50,116 bases of DNA from Vampirovibrionales bacterium (GTDB taxonomy: Bacteria; Cyanobacteriota; Vampirovibrionia; Vampirovibrionales; JAJTHC01). The notes below the pieces were generated by a model, which was not told the DNA's origin, did not search any database, and saw nothing but the letters and a program-made list of their open reading frames with translations. The stretch covers positions 1 to 50,116 of the forward strand of contig JBIKUS010000002.1 of NCBI GenBank assembly GCA_044347425.1, given 5' to 3'. Both the position numbers and the translations under genes were made by a program. This document shows positions 1 to 9,002 of this stretch, one piece after another. How positions within the stretch are numbered: position 1 is the stretch's first letter; every line of letters starts with the position of its first letter.

Positions 1-191
1 AGTGAAGACTATTACAAAGAAATTTTTACGAATTGATAGTTATACTAGCCAAGGGCGGGTATTATGCCCACGCCAACACTTACTGTTAAATAATTAGGAC
101 TTACGCAAAAGTTAGTTTGAGATAGGGCTGGGCAAGGCTCGTCTTTCAGCTAAACTAAGGTATCCCCCACCACCCTCGGAGAGCCTTAGCC

Positions 192-2570
192 ATGACCGCC
201 CCCACCCTGCCCACTCAACCCACCGAACTCGCCCCCGCCTTGCTGCAACAACTGCAAGCCCTGAATGTTCGCCCCACAGAATACCTTAAAATCCTCCGCC
301 TGATGGGGCGAGAACCCAATTTTACCGAATTGTGCATGTTTAGCGCACTGTGGAGCGAACATTGCAGCTACAAACACACCAAGCATCTGCTTAAAAAGCT
401 ACCAATAACAGGCGATTGCGTCGTCTGTGGCCCTGGCGAAAATGCGGGTATTGTCGCCCTTGCGCCTAACGTGCATATCGCCTTTAAGGTAGAAAGCCAC
501 AACCATCCCACCTTTGTAGAGCCTTACCAAGGGGCGGCCACGGGCGTAGGCGGTATTTTAAGGGATATTATCACCCTGAACGCTCGCCCCTTGGGCTTGC
601 TGAACGCCCTGCGCTTTGGCCCCCAAATCAACGCTGATAATCGCCGACGGTTGAGCCAAGCCGTAGCAGGCATTGCCCACTACGGCAACTGCATGGGTGT
701 ACCCACGCTGGCGGGCGACGTTAAAATTGAGCCGTGCTATGCGGGTAATCCGCTGGTAAACGCTATGGCCTTGGGCATTATGCAACCTGGTGGCCTTATC
801 GCTAGCGGAGCCAAGGCAGTGGGACAACCTGTACTGTACGCTGGCTCGCCCACAGGCCGAGACGGCATGGGCGGTGCCTCCTTCGCCTCAAAATCGTTTG
901 AGGGGGGCGACACCGCCGAGGCCGACAGGCCAGCCGTGCAGGTAGGCGACCCCTTTGCCGAAAAGTGCGTGATGGAAGCCTGCCTACAAGCCTTTGCCAC
1001 AGGGGCGATACTGGCGGCGCAAGACATGGGGGCGGCTGGCCTCACCTGTGCCACCGCCGAAATGGCCGCCAAGGGCGAAACGGGGATGCGGATTGACTTG
1101 GATGCCGTACCTGCCCGAGAACCCCACATGCTGGCGTGGGAATACCTGTTGAGCGAATCGCAAGAGCGCATGATGATGGTGGTAGACAAAGACCGCCTAG
1201 CCGAAATTGAAGCCATTTTCGCCCATTGGAGCGTACCCACCGCCGTGATTGGCCACGTGACCGCCGAACCCGACTTGGTGATTACTCACCAAGGGCAAGA
1301 AGTGGTGCGCTTGCAAGCCACGTGGCTCACCGATATGGCGCCCGAATACGCCCCCAGTGGTCGCCCCGAAGAACCCGCCGAACGCAAAGCCCAACGAGAC
1401 AACCGCAACGCCGACGACGATCTGCCTCCGCTGGTGTGGGGCGACGTGCCACAACGGCTAGCCCAGATGATGCGCCACGCCAACGTGGCCAGTCGTCGGC
1501 CTGTGTTTGCCCAGTACGACAGACACGTGCGTAACCACACCCGCCTCACCAGCGACCATCACGGCGTGGGCGTGCTTGCCCTTGGCCAACGAGACGTGCC
1601 AGAGGCTCCTGCTGGTTTGGGGCTTGGGGTCAACCTTGAGGGCAACCCACGCTGGCAACGCCTGCAACCTTACACGCAAACGCAAGCCCTTGTGGCACAA
1701 TGCGCCCGTAGTCTCGCCGCTGCTGGTGCTACCCCTTTGGCCGTCACCAATAACCTCAACTTTGGCGACCCCGAAGATCCCGCCGTGTATCACCAACTAT
1801 ACTATGGTGTTGAGGGGCTAAAAGATGCTTGCCTTGAGTTGCACACTCCCGTGACGGGCGGTAACGTGAGCCTATACAATAAAAACGGCACCGAGGCCAT
1901 TTGGCCATCCACCACGGTGGGGATGGTAGGGCGATTTGATGACGTGACGCTGGCCGTGCCTGCCGTCATCGTGTCCCCTCCCACCGAGGATCTGACTGTG
2001 GCTGTATTAGGTCGGTTTTCGCCGAGTGTGGGGGGCAGTGTTTACCAAGCTCTGTTGGCTGATGAGCTAGGCTTGGGCGATGAGCCTTGGGGACAGCCGC
2101 CTTCCATCATCCTTCGAGAAGAAGCGTTGATGGTGAAGGTGTTGGCCGCCCTGCACGCCGAACATAAGACGATGGGCGGAGGCTTACTCGCCCTAGCTAA
2201 AAACCTAGGCACAGGTGGTTTGCTCCCCGCTTTGGCCGAGGCCACCTTTGCCGAAAACGGCATCACCTGTGGCTTGGCTGTAGACGTGTCGCCCTTGGTG
2301 AGTGAGAAACGCTCGTTAGCTACGGCATTGTTTGGCGAAACGCACGGTTGTGTGCTGCTGGCCTACCCCACACAACACGCCGAGCGTGTAACTAACGTAA
2401 TAACGCAAGCTCTGCAAGGCCGAGGCCCCGCCCCCCACACGCAACTCATACCCTTAGGGCATACCGTGGCCGATGCGACGCTGACGCTGGCTTGTGGCGA
2501 TGAGGCTCCGCTCACCCTGCCACTAGCGGGCTTGACGATAGCATGGCAACAAGGGCTACGGCTCAATTAA
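192..2570 (+). CDS. purL: phosphoribosylformylglycinamidine synthase subunit II (PurL)
   Basis: 792-aa ORF. N-terminal FTELCMFSALWSEHCSYKHTK and GPGENAGIV motifs and overall length are typical of small-type PurL. Confidence 0.95.
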   Translation: MTAPTLPTQPTELAPALLQQLQALNVRPTEYLKILRLMGREPNFTELCMFSALWSEHCSYKHTKHLLKKLPITGDCVVCGPGENAGIVALAPNVHIAFKVESHNHPTFVEPYQGAATGVGGILRDIITLNARPLGLLNALRFGPQINADNRRRLSQAVAGIAHYGNCMGVPTLAGDVKIEPCYAGNPLVNAMALGIMQPGGLIASGAKAVGQPVLYAGSPTGRDGMGGASFASKSFEGGDTAEADRPAVQVGDPFAEKCVMEACLQAFATGAILAAQDMGAAGLTCATAEMAAKGETGMRIDLDAVPAREPHMLAWEYLLSESQERMMMVVDKDRLAEIEAIFAHWSVPTAVIGHVTAEPDLVITHQGQEVVRLQATWLTDMAPEYAPSGRPEEPAERKAQRDNRNADDDLPPLVWGDVPQRLAQMMRHANVASRRPVFAQYDRHVRNHTRLTSDHHGVGVLALGQRDVPEAPAGLGLGVNLEGNPRWQRLQPYTQTQALVAQCARSLAAAGATPLAVTNNLNFGDPEDPAVYHQLYYGVEGLKDACLELHTPVTGGNVSLYNKNGTEAIWPSTTVGMVGRFDDVTLAVPAVIVSPPTEDLTVAVLGRFSPSVGGSVYQALLADELGLGDEPWGQPPSIILREEALMVKVLAALHAEHKTMGGGLLALAKNLGTGGLLPALAEATFAENGITCGLAVDVSPLVSEKRSLATALFGETHGCVLLAYPTQHAERVTNVITQALQGRGPAPHTQLIPLGHTVADATLTLACGDEAPLTLPLAGLTIAWQQGLRLN

Positions 2571-3231
2571 ACCAACTATTATAACGTGTAACTTGGTCAG
2601 CAGCCGATGATTTGTCAGGGCGAAGGTTGCCTGGTTCGATGGGGTTGTCATCTCGAGCTATGATGGTTTGCTGGGTGTGGTTAAAAAACAAATGTATCAT
2701 GTCGCCACTGCCGTTTACTCTAAACATATCATTAGGCTTAGCTGACCCATTAAAATCTAAGGTAAATAACAGTCCCAGACCAGCATGACCACTAACACCA
2801 GCAACTTGTATCCATGCCCCATTGTGCAGTATCAATACGTGTTTATCACCCTTAAAGAGTTCAGCATGGTTATGGTCTGTAATACAGTCATGTGGCGGTA
2901 TGCAGTGGCGTGCAACATTCAGGTTACTCGCTAAGGCATTGGCTAGATCATTAGGGTTGGTAGACAATTGGCTTGTTTGCCATAAAGCATATAAAGCACT
3001 ATGCAGTGTGGCTACCGTCTCTTTGGCAACGGCTTTTTCGTGGGCTTGCTCTATGTTGCGTATTATGGTGGGTACTGTAAAAGTAGCAATAAGGCCTAAA
3101 ATGCCCACCACCACCAACAACTCCGCTAAGCTAAAGCCCTTTTTACGGTATACTTTTGCACGTGAGACGTGAGACGTGAGACGTGAGACGTGAGACGTGA
3201 GACGTGAGACGTGAGACGTGGGGCATTGCAT
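2563..3231 (-). CDS. prepilin-type N-terminal cleavage/methylation domain protein (type IV pilin / pseudopilin-like)
   Basis: AAGGA Shine-Dalgarno lies 5 nt upstream of ATG 3231. RKKG|FSLAELLVVVGILGLIATF matches the prepilin peptidase site plus hydrophobic helix. The leader is unusually long (39 aa) and encoded by a heptamer repeat. The gene is AT-richer than its neighbours. Confidence 0.8.
   Translation of the reverse strand: MQCPTSHVSRLTSHVSRLTSHVSRAKVYRKKGFSLAELLVVVGILGLIATFTVPTIIRNIEQAHEKAVAKETVATLHSALYALWQTSQLSTNPNDLANALASNLNVARHCIPPHDCITDHNHAELFKGDKHVLILHNGAWIQVAGVSGHAGLGLLFTLDFNGSAKPNDMFRVNGSGDMIHLFFNHTQQTIIARDDNPIEPGNLRPDKSSAADQVTRYNSWFN
3160..3220. repeat. perfect tandem heptanucleotide repeat (ACGTGAG)x8 plus 5 nt, inside the prepilin leader coding region
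   Basis: Counted directly: units start at 3160, 3167, 3174, 3181, 3188, 3195, 3202 and 3209, with a partial unit at 3216-3220. It is translated on the minus strand as (SHVSRLT)n between the ATG and the KKG|F cleavage site. Confidence 0.95.
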
Positions 3232-3331
3232 GGCGATCCTTTCGTGGGTTGGGCGTTACCTTAGTATCGTAGCAAAGCACGCTCAACTTTAGGGTTGGTA
3301 AGCATGTATCTCCAGCATTTGCAGGGTAGTG

Positions 3332-4234
3332 TTACACGCCTTGGGCAGGTAGCTGGGGTTCTGCCCACTGCTGCCAATGTAAGCGGAGTTGCGCTTGGTT
3401 GGGGATGAGCTTTTGAGGATGCACCAAGGCGTTATAGGCCATGAGCAAGCCCGTAACTAACACCACCACGCCAGCAATACGGCCTAGCCAACTCAACAAT
3501 CTTGCTAACTTCTCAGGTGTCACGTTAACACCTTGTTTACCCCACGGTAACCGTCCTTCGGCTAAGGGTTTGGCCAACCACGACGAGAGTACCCCTACTA
3601 ACCCGACAGAGACACCCAACCCCGCCGAAAATACCAGCAGGGCTAGCAGCATCCACCCTAGGTGTTGCCAATGGCTAGCATTAAGGGCGACTAAAAGCGT
3701 GGCCAACGCCACTGGGCAGGGGGTTAGCCCACAAGCAACACCCAACCACCATAACGGGGTGGGTTTCAACGGTTTAGCTTCTTGGGTAGAAGGTTGGGCT
3801 GTCGAGGCCAAGCCCCCACCACTGTGCGAGTGCGTATGGTGGAGAGGGCCATCGCAACAATCGGTAGAAGAACCAAGGCTGCTTTGCCCTGCCCTAATAA
3901 ACAACCTAACACCCAATATCATAATAATAATGGCACTTACCACGTGCATAACCACTAGGGCGAGCTGTTGCGTGGCTTGGTGTTGCGTTAGCGCAAGGCC
4001 ACCTTGCACCAGCAAGCTCAGCACCACAGCCAAACCAAATACAGAAAGCGCATGGGTAAGGGTCACGCTTAAGGCCAAGCTAGCCACGTCTCGCCAGCGG
4101 TGCCGTTGCTCGCCGATCATGGTGGCTAGCACCAAGGCCTTGCCATGGCCAGGCTCAAGGGCGTGCAACATACCCAACAGTAGCAAACTACTGCCAGCCA
4201 ATAGCACCATCAGCAGTTTAGCCAGCAGCAACAA
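3332..4234 (-). CDS. nickel/cobalt efflux transporter, RcnA/NicO-like
   Basis: Polytopic membrane ORF with an LHALEPGHGKALV signature and a His-rich loop (HHTHSHSGGG). The start is uncertain: 4234 overlaps the upstream gene by 17 bp, and 4210 is an alternative ATG. Confidence 0.65.
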   Translation of the reverse strand: MLLLAKLLMVLLAGSSLLLLGMLHALEPGHGKALVLATMIGEQRHRWRDVASLALSVTLTHALSVFGLAVVLSLLVQGGLALTQHQATQQLALVVMHVVSAIIIMILGVRLFIRAGQSSLGSSTDCCDGPLHHTHSHSGGGLASTAQPSTQEAKPLKPTPLWWLGVACGLTPCPVALATLLVALNASHWQHLGWMLLALLVFSAGLGVSVGLVGVLSSWLAKPLAEGRLPWGKQGVNVTPEKLARLLSWLGRIAGVVVLVTGLLMAYNALVHPQKLIPNQAQLRLHWQQWAEPQLPAQGV

Positions 4235-4709
4235 CGGTCACTTCCACTTCAACGGGGGCATTGAGGGGCAGCATGGCCACACCAACGGCACTACGGGCAT
4301 GGCGACCAATGGTATCGCCTAATACGTCGGTTAGGGTATGGCTGGCACCGTTGGCTACTTGCGGTTGTTGATCAAAACCATCGTTACTGGCCACAAACAC
4401 AGTCACTTTAACCACTTGGGTAATGGCGGCAAGGCTACCCAGTTCGGCTTTTAGGGCGGCTAAGGCGTTAAGCACACATTGCCGAGCCGCTTGGTTGGCT
4501 TGTTCAACAGAAAGGCCATTACCACCCACTTTGCCCGTAAAGGCTAATTGGCCTTGCACCATGGGCAACATACCGCTGGTAGTAAGCCAACGCTGGCCAG
4601 CTACGGCAACGCTACGCACAGGCACGTAACTGGCCACAGGGGCAGGGGGCGAAGGCAGTTTATCATCCCAAGGGTGAGGGGTGACAACAGGGGCGGGCGT
4701 AGTAGTCAT
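4218..4709 (-). CDS. RidA/YjgF/UK114 family protein
   Basis: 163-aa ORF. The C-terminal ...RSAVGVAMLPLNAPVEVEV... and overall pattern are typical of the YjgF/RidA fold family. Confidence 0.7.
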   Translation of the reverse strand: MTTTPAPVVTPHPWDDKLPSPPAPVASYVPVRSVAVAGQRWLTTSGMLPMVQGQLAFTGKVGGNGLSVEQANQAARQCVLNALAALKAELGSLAAITQVVKVTVFVASNDGFDQQPQVANGASHTLTDVLGDTIGRHARSAVGVAMLPLNAPVEVEVTVVAAG

Positions 4710-4827
4710 AGTTCAGGCTCCTTGGCCTACAGGTTGTGTAAGATGATTCGATGGTAGTTACCTTAACCTAAACGTGAGTGTTCGCCAACCTGTTGTGCTT
4801 GTTTAAGATAAAGTAGGTACCTCACTA

Positions 4828-4856
4828 TTGCAATTGATTCTCAATTGCGCTAAAAT
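4828..4856 (+). promoter_or_regulatory. sigma70-like promoter (TTGCAA-17 bp-TAAAAT)
   Basis: -35 TTGCAA at 4828-4833, an exact 17-bp spacer, and -10 TAAAAT at 4851-4856. The spacer carries two CAATTG palindromes. Confidence 0.5.
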
Positions 4857-4882
4857 GTCTTTACAAACTTCCAGTTATCACT

Positions 4883-4908
4883 GCCGCTTCACTTAAGCGG
4901 CTTTTTTT
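4883..4908 (+). terminator. rho-independent terminator-like hairpin in the mtnP leader
   Basis: GCCGCTT-CACTT-AAGCGGC (7-bp stem) followed by T7. It lies about 20 nt after the predicted TSS and 41 nt before the mtnP ATG. There is no plus-strand ORF upstream. Confidence 0.6.
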
Positions 4909-4948
4909 ATTATGCTAGGGTTATCACCCAGCTTAGGAAACACCCACC

Positions 4949-5755
4949 ATGCCCAACAGCGTTTCATCCCTTAAACCACAAGCCGATATTGGTATTTTTG
5001 GAGGCTCAGGCTTCTACTCGTTTTTAGACAACGTCACTACCGTCCCCATTGAGACCCCTTACGGCCCCCCTAGCGACGCCGTGATGATTGGCCAACTGGG
5101 CGATAAAACCGTGGCTTTTATGCCCCGCCATCACCGCGACCATGTCATTCCTCCCCACAAAATTAACTACCGTGCCAACGTCTGGGCCATGAAGAGTCTC
5201 GGCGTGCATACCGTTATTTCGCCTTGTGCAGCGGGAAGCTTGCAAAAGCATGTTGCCCCTGGCCACTTTGTGATTTGTGACCAATACGTAGACCGTACCA
5301 GTGGACGCACAGATACCTTTTATGACGGCCCCATTACCACACACGTGAGTGCCGCCTTCCCCTTTGACGAAGAAGGCCGCCAGTGGGCGATTGATGCTTG
5401 TAAACAACATAACGTAACGGTTCACGAATCAGGTACCGTGGTGGTTATTCAAGGTCCCCGCTTTAGTACCAAGGCCGAATCGGCGTGGTTTAGGCAACAA
5501 GGGTGGGAAGTGATTAACATGACCCAGTACCCCGAAGTTCACTTGGTGAAAGAACTTAACCTGTACCCTATTAACCTTTCGCTGATTACAGACTATGATT
5601 CAGGGGTGGATGGCATCCCCCCCGTGAGCCACGAGGCCGTGGTTGAGGTGTTTAAAGCCAATAACGACAAGTTACGCCAAGTGCTGTTTACCCTCATCGA
5701 GAGCATCCCTAAGCACAGGCCCACACCGCCCTATTTAGCCGAAGCTCGGTTGTAA
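4949..5755 (+). CDS. mtnP: S-methyl-5'-thioadenosine phosphorylase
   Basis: 268 aa. IGIFGGSGFY, FMPRHHRDH..PPHKINYRAN and MTQYPE motifs of the MTAP/PNP family. Confidence 0.9.
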   Translation: MPNSVSSLKPQADIGIFGGSGFYSFLDNVTTVPIETPYGPPSDAVMIGQLGDKTVAFMPRHHRDHVIPPHKINYRANVWAMKSLGVHTVISPCAAGSLQKHVAPGHFVICDQYVDRTSGRTDTFYDGPITTHVSAAFPFDEEGRQWAIDACKQHNVTVHESGTVVVIQGPRFSTKAESAWFRQQGWEVINMTQYPEVHLVKELNLYPINLSLITDYDSGVDGIPPVSHEAVVEVFKANNDKLRQVLFTLIESIPKHRPTPPYLAEARL

Positions 5756-5800
5756 ACCCTGCGACACGCTTACCCTACCAGCTTAAAGGCTTAACCTACT

Positions 5801-6073
5801 ATGCTCTACGCTTTGCTCAACCTACTTGAACAGTTACTTGAACTGTACACATGGGTGTTGCTGATACGGATACTACTGACATGGCTACAGCTTAACTGGC
5901 GAGACAAACCCTTCTGTTGGCTAGCAGCAGCAACCGACCCTGTCCTCGAACCCTTCCGTAGGCTAATACCCCCGCTAGGTGGGATGTTGGACTTGTCACC
6001 CTTAGTGGTATTTTTATTACTGGGGATGCTAAAAGCAATGGTGGCCAACTTTAAGTTTGCGCTTTTAGGGTAA
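5801..6073 (+). CDS. YggT family membrane protein
   Basis: 90 aa, two TM segments, with the ...ATDPVLEPFRRLIPPLGGMLDLSPLV... YggT signature. Confidence 0.8.
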   Translation: MLYALLNLLEQLLELYTWVLLIRILLTWLQLNWRDKPFCWLAAATDPVLEPFRRLIPPLGGMLDLSPLVVFLLLGMLKAMVANFKFALLG

Positions 6074-6075
6074 AC

Positions 6076-6981
6076 TTAAGCCTCTTCAGCTTCCGCTTCA
6101 CTTTCTTCTTGTGGTCTTCCGTCAAAGCCAATTTTACGTGCTGCGATTTCTTCTTGCACCGTGCCAGTGAGTCCAGCATCAGCACGCATTTGGTTAACCA
6201 TAGCTAATGTTTTATCATTATAGGCTCGGCCACCCGTTAATTGGTTAATGGTTTGCATTTGGTCAAACGCATTAACCTCAAGTATACCGTTAGCAAACGT
6301 GCCGTTATCAATTGAGGCTAACCCAGTGGTGGCTTCGCCAGTTTCTTCGTTAACGGTTACCCCTGTCGTCAGTGGTGTTGGCTGGTCTGCAATGGAGTTT
6401 CTAAAGATGTCCATCAGGTTTTGACCTTCTGGCAAGCCAAGTTGGTCAGTTACGGTCTGCCCCGTTGTTGGGGTAGCTGCTACAGCAGCAGGGTCGGGTG
6501 TTGCGGGGGGAGTAACTTCGGTGGTAGGGGCTGGGGCGGCGGGGTTACCGCGTGTAATGGTAATTTGTTTGTTGGGGTAAAGCTGTGCCAACAGCTGCCC
6601 TAACTGCTGAATGTCAGCATCGGTAGCTTGGCGGCTAACAGGTGGGGCTTGCGTACCTTGAAGCCCAGCGGACATGAAGGCTAAATCAGGCGAAAAGCCT
6701 CCGCCATTAAACCCAGAAAAGCCACCACCAGTGATGCCTGAAAACCCTGTGTTTGTATTACCCATAACACCACCCGTAGCCCAGGGTGATACCAACCCTA
6801 GGGTGTGTGCAAGCATGTAACTGTCTTGCATAACAGGGGGTACACTGCCATTACCCCAAGGCGAAAAGCCCCCAAGTGTAGGTATACCCCCACCTGTAAG
6901 CCAAGGCGATGAGTTTTGCGTAGCTATGCTACGAGAAGATGCGACATTAACTCTAGGATCATAACTAAACACGGTAGTCAT
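6076..6981 (-). CDS. hypothetical Gly/Pro/Thr-rich protein
   Basis: 301-aa ORF with repeated SPW-x-GG motifs, GGGFSGFNGGGFSP and an acidic C-terminus. I recognise no family. Confidence 0.6.
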   Translation of the reverse strand: MTTVFSYDPRVNVASSRSIATQNSSPWLTGGGIPTLGGFSPWGNGSVPPVMQDSYMLAHTLGLVSPWATGGVMGNTNTGFSGITGGGFSGFNGGGFSPDLAFMSAGLQGTQAPPVSRQATDADIQQLGQLLAQLYPNKQITITRGNPAAPAPTTEVTPPATPDPAAVAATPTTGQTVTDQLGLPEGQNLMDIFRNSIADQPTPLTTGVTVNEETGEATTGLASIDNGTFANGILEVNAFDQMQTINQLTGGRAYNDKTLAMVNQMRADAGLTGTVQEEIAARKIGFDGRPQEESEAEAEEA

Positions 6982-7112
6982 AGCATCACCTTTAAAGAAA
7001 CACGAAGTGAGAACAAAGCAATGAGAGGAGGAGTAGGGGAGTATAAACTATTAAAAACAACTCATTTGTATAAATTGCGTATATTGCTTAAAAATACTTG
7101 TTTTGTTACAAA

Positions 7113-7140
7113 AGATATCTCGTAATGCATAGAGATATCT
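7113..7140 (-). terminator. possible terminator hairpin downstream of trmFO
   Basis: AGATATCTC-N10-GAGATATCT inverted repeat (9-bp AT-rich stem), followed on the minus strand by TTTGTAACAAAA. This is weak. Confidence 0.3.
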
Positions 7141-7179
7141 ATAGTTACTCTCATAAAATGCTTGCGTGCAATGTAGCCT

Positions 7180-8592
7180 TTAGCGTTTTGCCAGCACCAC
7201 ATCGGGGTGTTGAGTTTGCCAAGCGTGCCAAGCGGCTAAGGCTCGTTGGGTGTTGAGATCGGCACGCTCTTTTTTACTACGCACCCGCTCAGGTAAGGGT
7301 GGCATTAGCCCCCAGTTACTGTTAATGGGCTGAAACTCACCATCGGCAGCTTCGGGGCGGGTAATATAGCGGAGCAATGCTCCCAGCATCGTCTCGGGTG
7401 GAGGCACCAAGGCGGGTTGGCCAGCCAGTACTCGGGCAATGTTACGCCCTGCCCACAGGCCCCCCGCAATGGATTCGCTGTAGCCTTCGGTACCCGTCAA
7501 TTGGCCCGCCAACCACAGGGTGGGGTGGTCTTTAAAGCGGAGCGTTGGCTCAAGCACCTTAGGGCTATGCAAATAGGTATTACGGTGCATCACGCCGTAG
7601 CGCACCACATCGGCATTCTCTAACCCAGGTATTAAGGCTAATAGTGCTTTTTGTTCGCCCCATTTAAGGTTGGTTTGAAAGCCAACCAAGTTATACAGCG
7701 TGCCTTCGGCGTTGTCTTGCCGTAGCTGTACCACAGCATAAGGCTGTTCGCCTGTGTGCGGGTTGACCAAGCCCACGGGCTTCATAGGGCCAAAACGTAG
7801 GGTGGCTTCGCCACGGCTGGCGATGACTTCGACGGGCATACAGCCTTCAAAAAAGCTGGCCTTTTCGGCTTCTTCAAAGCTTTTCAGGGGGATACGTTCG
7901 GCCGTGGTGAGGTAGGCGTAAAAACGATCGTACTCGTCTTTGGTCATGGGGCAGTTAATATAGCTAGAGCTGCCCGAGTTGCTGTGGTCGTAGCGGTCGG
8001 CCACAAAGGCCTTGCTCATATCCACACTCTCACGAGTCACAATGGGGGCGGCGGCATCAAAGAAGTAGAGTTGTGCCTGCCCTGTCAGCTGGCCAAGCGT
8101 TTGCGCTAAGGCGGGGGTCGTCATAGGGCCAGTGGCCACAAGGCAGGCCGCCACGTCAGTGGGGATGCTTTCAGCAGCATGGCCTATACAGGTAATCAGG
8201 GGATTCTGGGTCAGTTTTTGAGTAATGCGTTCGGCAAAACGCTCTCTATCTACAGCAAGGGCTTGGCCAGCAGGTACGGCGCACTGGTGCGCTTCGGCCA
8301 GTAGGTAACTACCTAGCAAGGCCATCTCTTGTTTAAGCAAGCCTGGTGCGCCACTGTGTAGGCTGCCAAAGCTGTTGCTACACACCACCTCGGCATAGTT
8401 AAGCGAGTGGTGGGCAGGCGAATGGCTCACGGGCTTCATATCATAAAGTTGCACCGCTACTCCTCGTTGAGCCAGTTGCAGTGCGGCTTCGCTACCTGCA
8501 AGGCCACCACCTAGCACGGCTACTGTGGGTCGCTCTTGTGTGGCAGGTAAAGGGCGCATGTTTTCGGGCGGAGGAGTGAGTGTAGTCATCAT
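7180..8592 (-). CDS. trmFO: methylenetetrahydrofolate--tRNA-(uracil-5-)-methyltransferase TrmFO
   Basis: 470 aa. N-terminal FAD fold VAVLGGGLAGSEAALQLAQRG and TrmFO/Gid-like motifs throughout (GQLTGTEGYSES). Confidence 0.9.
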   Translation of the reverse strand: MMTTLTPPPENMRPLPATQERPTVAVLGGGLAGSEAALQLAQRGVAVQLYDMKPVSHSPAHHSLNYAEVVCSNSFGSLHSGAPGLLKQEMALLGSYLLAEAHQCAVPAGQALAVDRERFAERITQKLTQNPLITCIGHAAESIPTDVAACLVATGPMTTPALAQTLGQLTGQAQLYFFDAAAPIVTRESVDMSKAFVADRYDHSNSGSSSYINCPMTKDEYDRFYAYLTTAERIPLKSFEEAEKASFFEGCMPVEVIASRGEATLRFGPMKPVGLVNPHTGEQPYAVVQLRQDNAEGTLYNLVGFQTNLKWGEQKALLALIPGLENADVVRYGVMHRNTYLHSPKVLEPTLRFKDHPTLWLAGQLTGTEGYSESIAGGLWAGRNIARVLAGQPALVPPPETMLGALLRYITRPEAADGEFQPINSNWGLMPPLPERVRSKKERADLNTQRALAAWHAWQTQHPDVVLAKR

Positions 8593-8667
8593 GTTGCCAG
8601 CTTAGCAGAAGCATACTGAGAGACCAACCTTGGCCGTATTCGCTTAATGGCCATCGGCACATCCAGC

Positions 8668-8704
8668 AAAAAAGAAAAAGTCGCCTGTGCAAACGCACGG
8701 CGAC
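8668..8704 (-). terminator. orphan rho-independent terminator (minus strand)
   Basis: Minus strand reads GTCGCCGTGCGTTTGCACAGGCGAC (10 bp with one bulge) followed by TTTTTCTTTTTT. No credible minus-strand CDS lies upstream of it. Confidence 0.55.
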
Positions 8705-9002
8705 TAACCCATATAACCTTAGCAAAAATAATCTTGCTTCTCTCTTGCTCATTAAAAAACTTGGCGGGGTGCTTAACCTAGCCTGTAGGTGTTGCCCCTA
8801 GGTGGTGGTGGTTGCCTTGCTGGCTAACCTGCTGTGTATCTACTTGGTGTGTCTGTCGTGTCTTGTGTGGTGCGTCTTACATAAATATAAAAACAATACA
8901 AAAGAGGTAATTGCGCTATACGGCATAGATGTTACAACTATGTTACACTAAACTTGTGGCCTGCTACGGGTTACGTATGGTTAGTATAGGCGGAGGCATG
9001 GC

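Noticed and set aside
1-191. Purine riboswitch or clear promoter upstream of purL.
   Set aside because: I found no guanine/adenine aptamer-like three-way junction or conserved loop motifs. Candidate -35/-10 hexamers have the wrong spacing.
3160-3220. Could the heptamer array or the 39-bp repeats at 12164..12397 be CRISPR arrays?
   Set aside because: Both are head-to-tail tandem repeats with no spacers, both lie inside ORFs, and no cas genes are present in the window.
3441-4322. Long antisense ORFs: 3441..4322 (+), 737..1240 (-), 40584..41252 (-), 29658..30218 (-), 30668..31147 (-), 44768..45220 (-), 46497..46976 (-), 47529..47975 (+) and 12139..12507 (+).
   Set aside because: Each lies entirely opposite a CDS with clear family motifs or a better-supported partner. 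Their translations are low-complexity (R/A/P/S-rich), typical of shadow frames in GC-rich DNA. None has a recognisable motif.
8948-8975. Sigma28 (FliA) promoter upstream of fliJ (TAAACTT-N11-CGGGTTAC).
   Set aside because: The -35-like element is acceptable, but the -10 matches GCCGATAA at only 3-4 of 8 positions. That is too weak to call.
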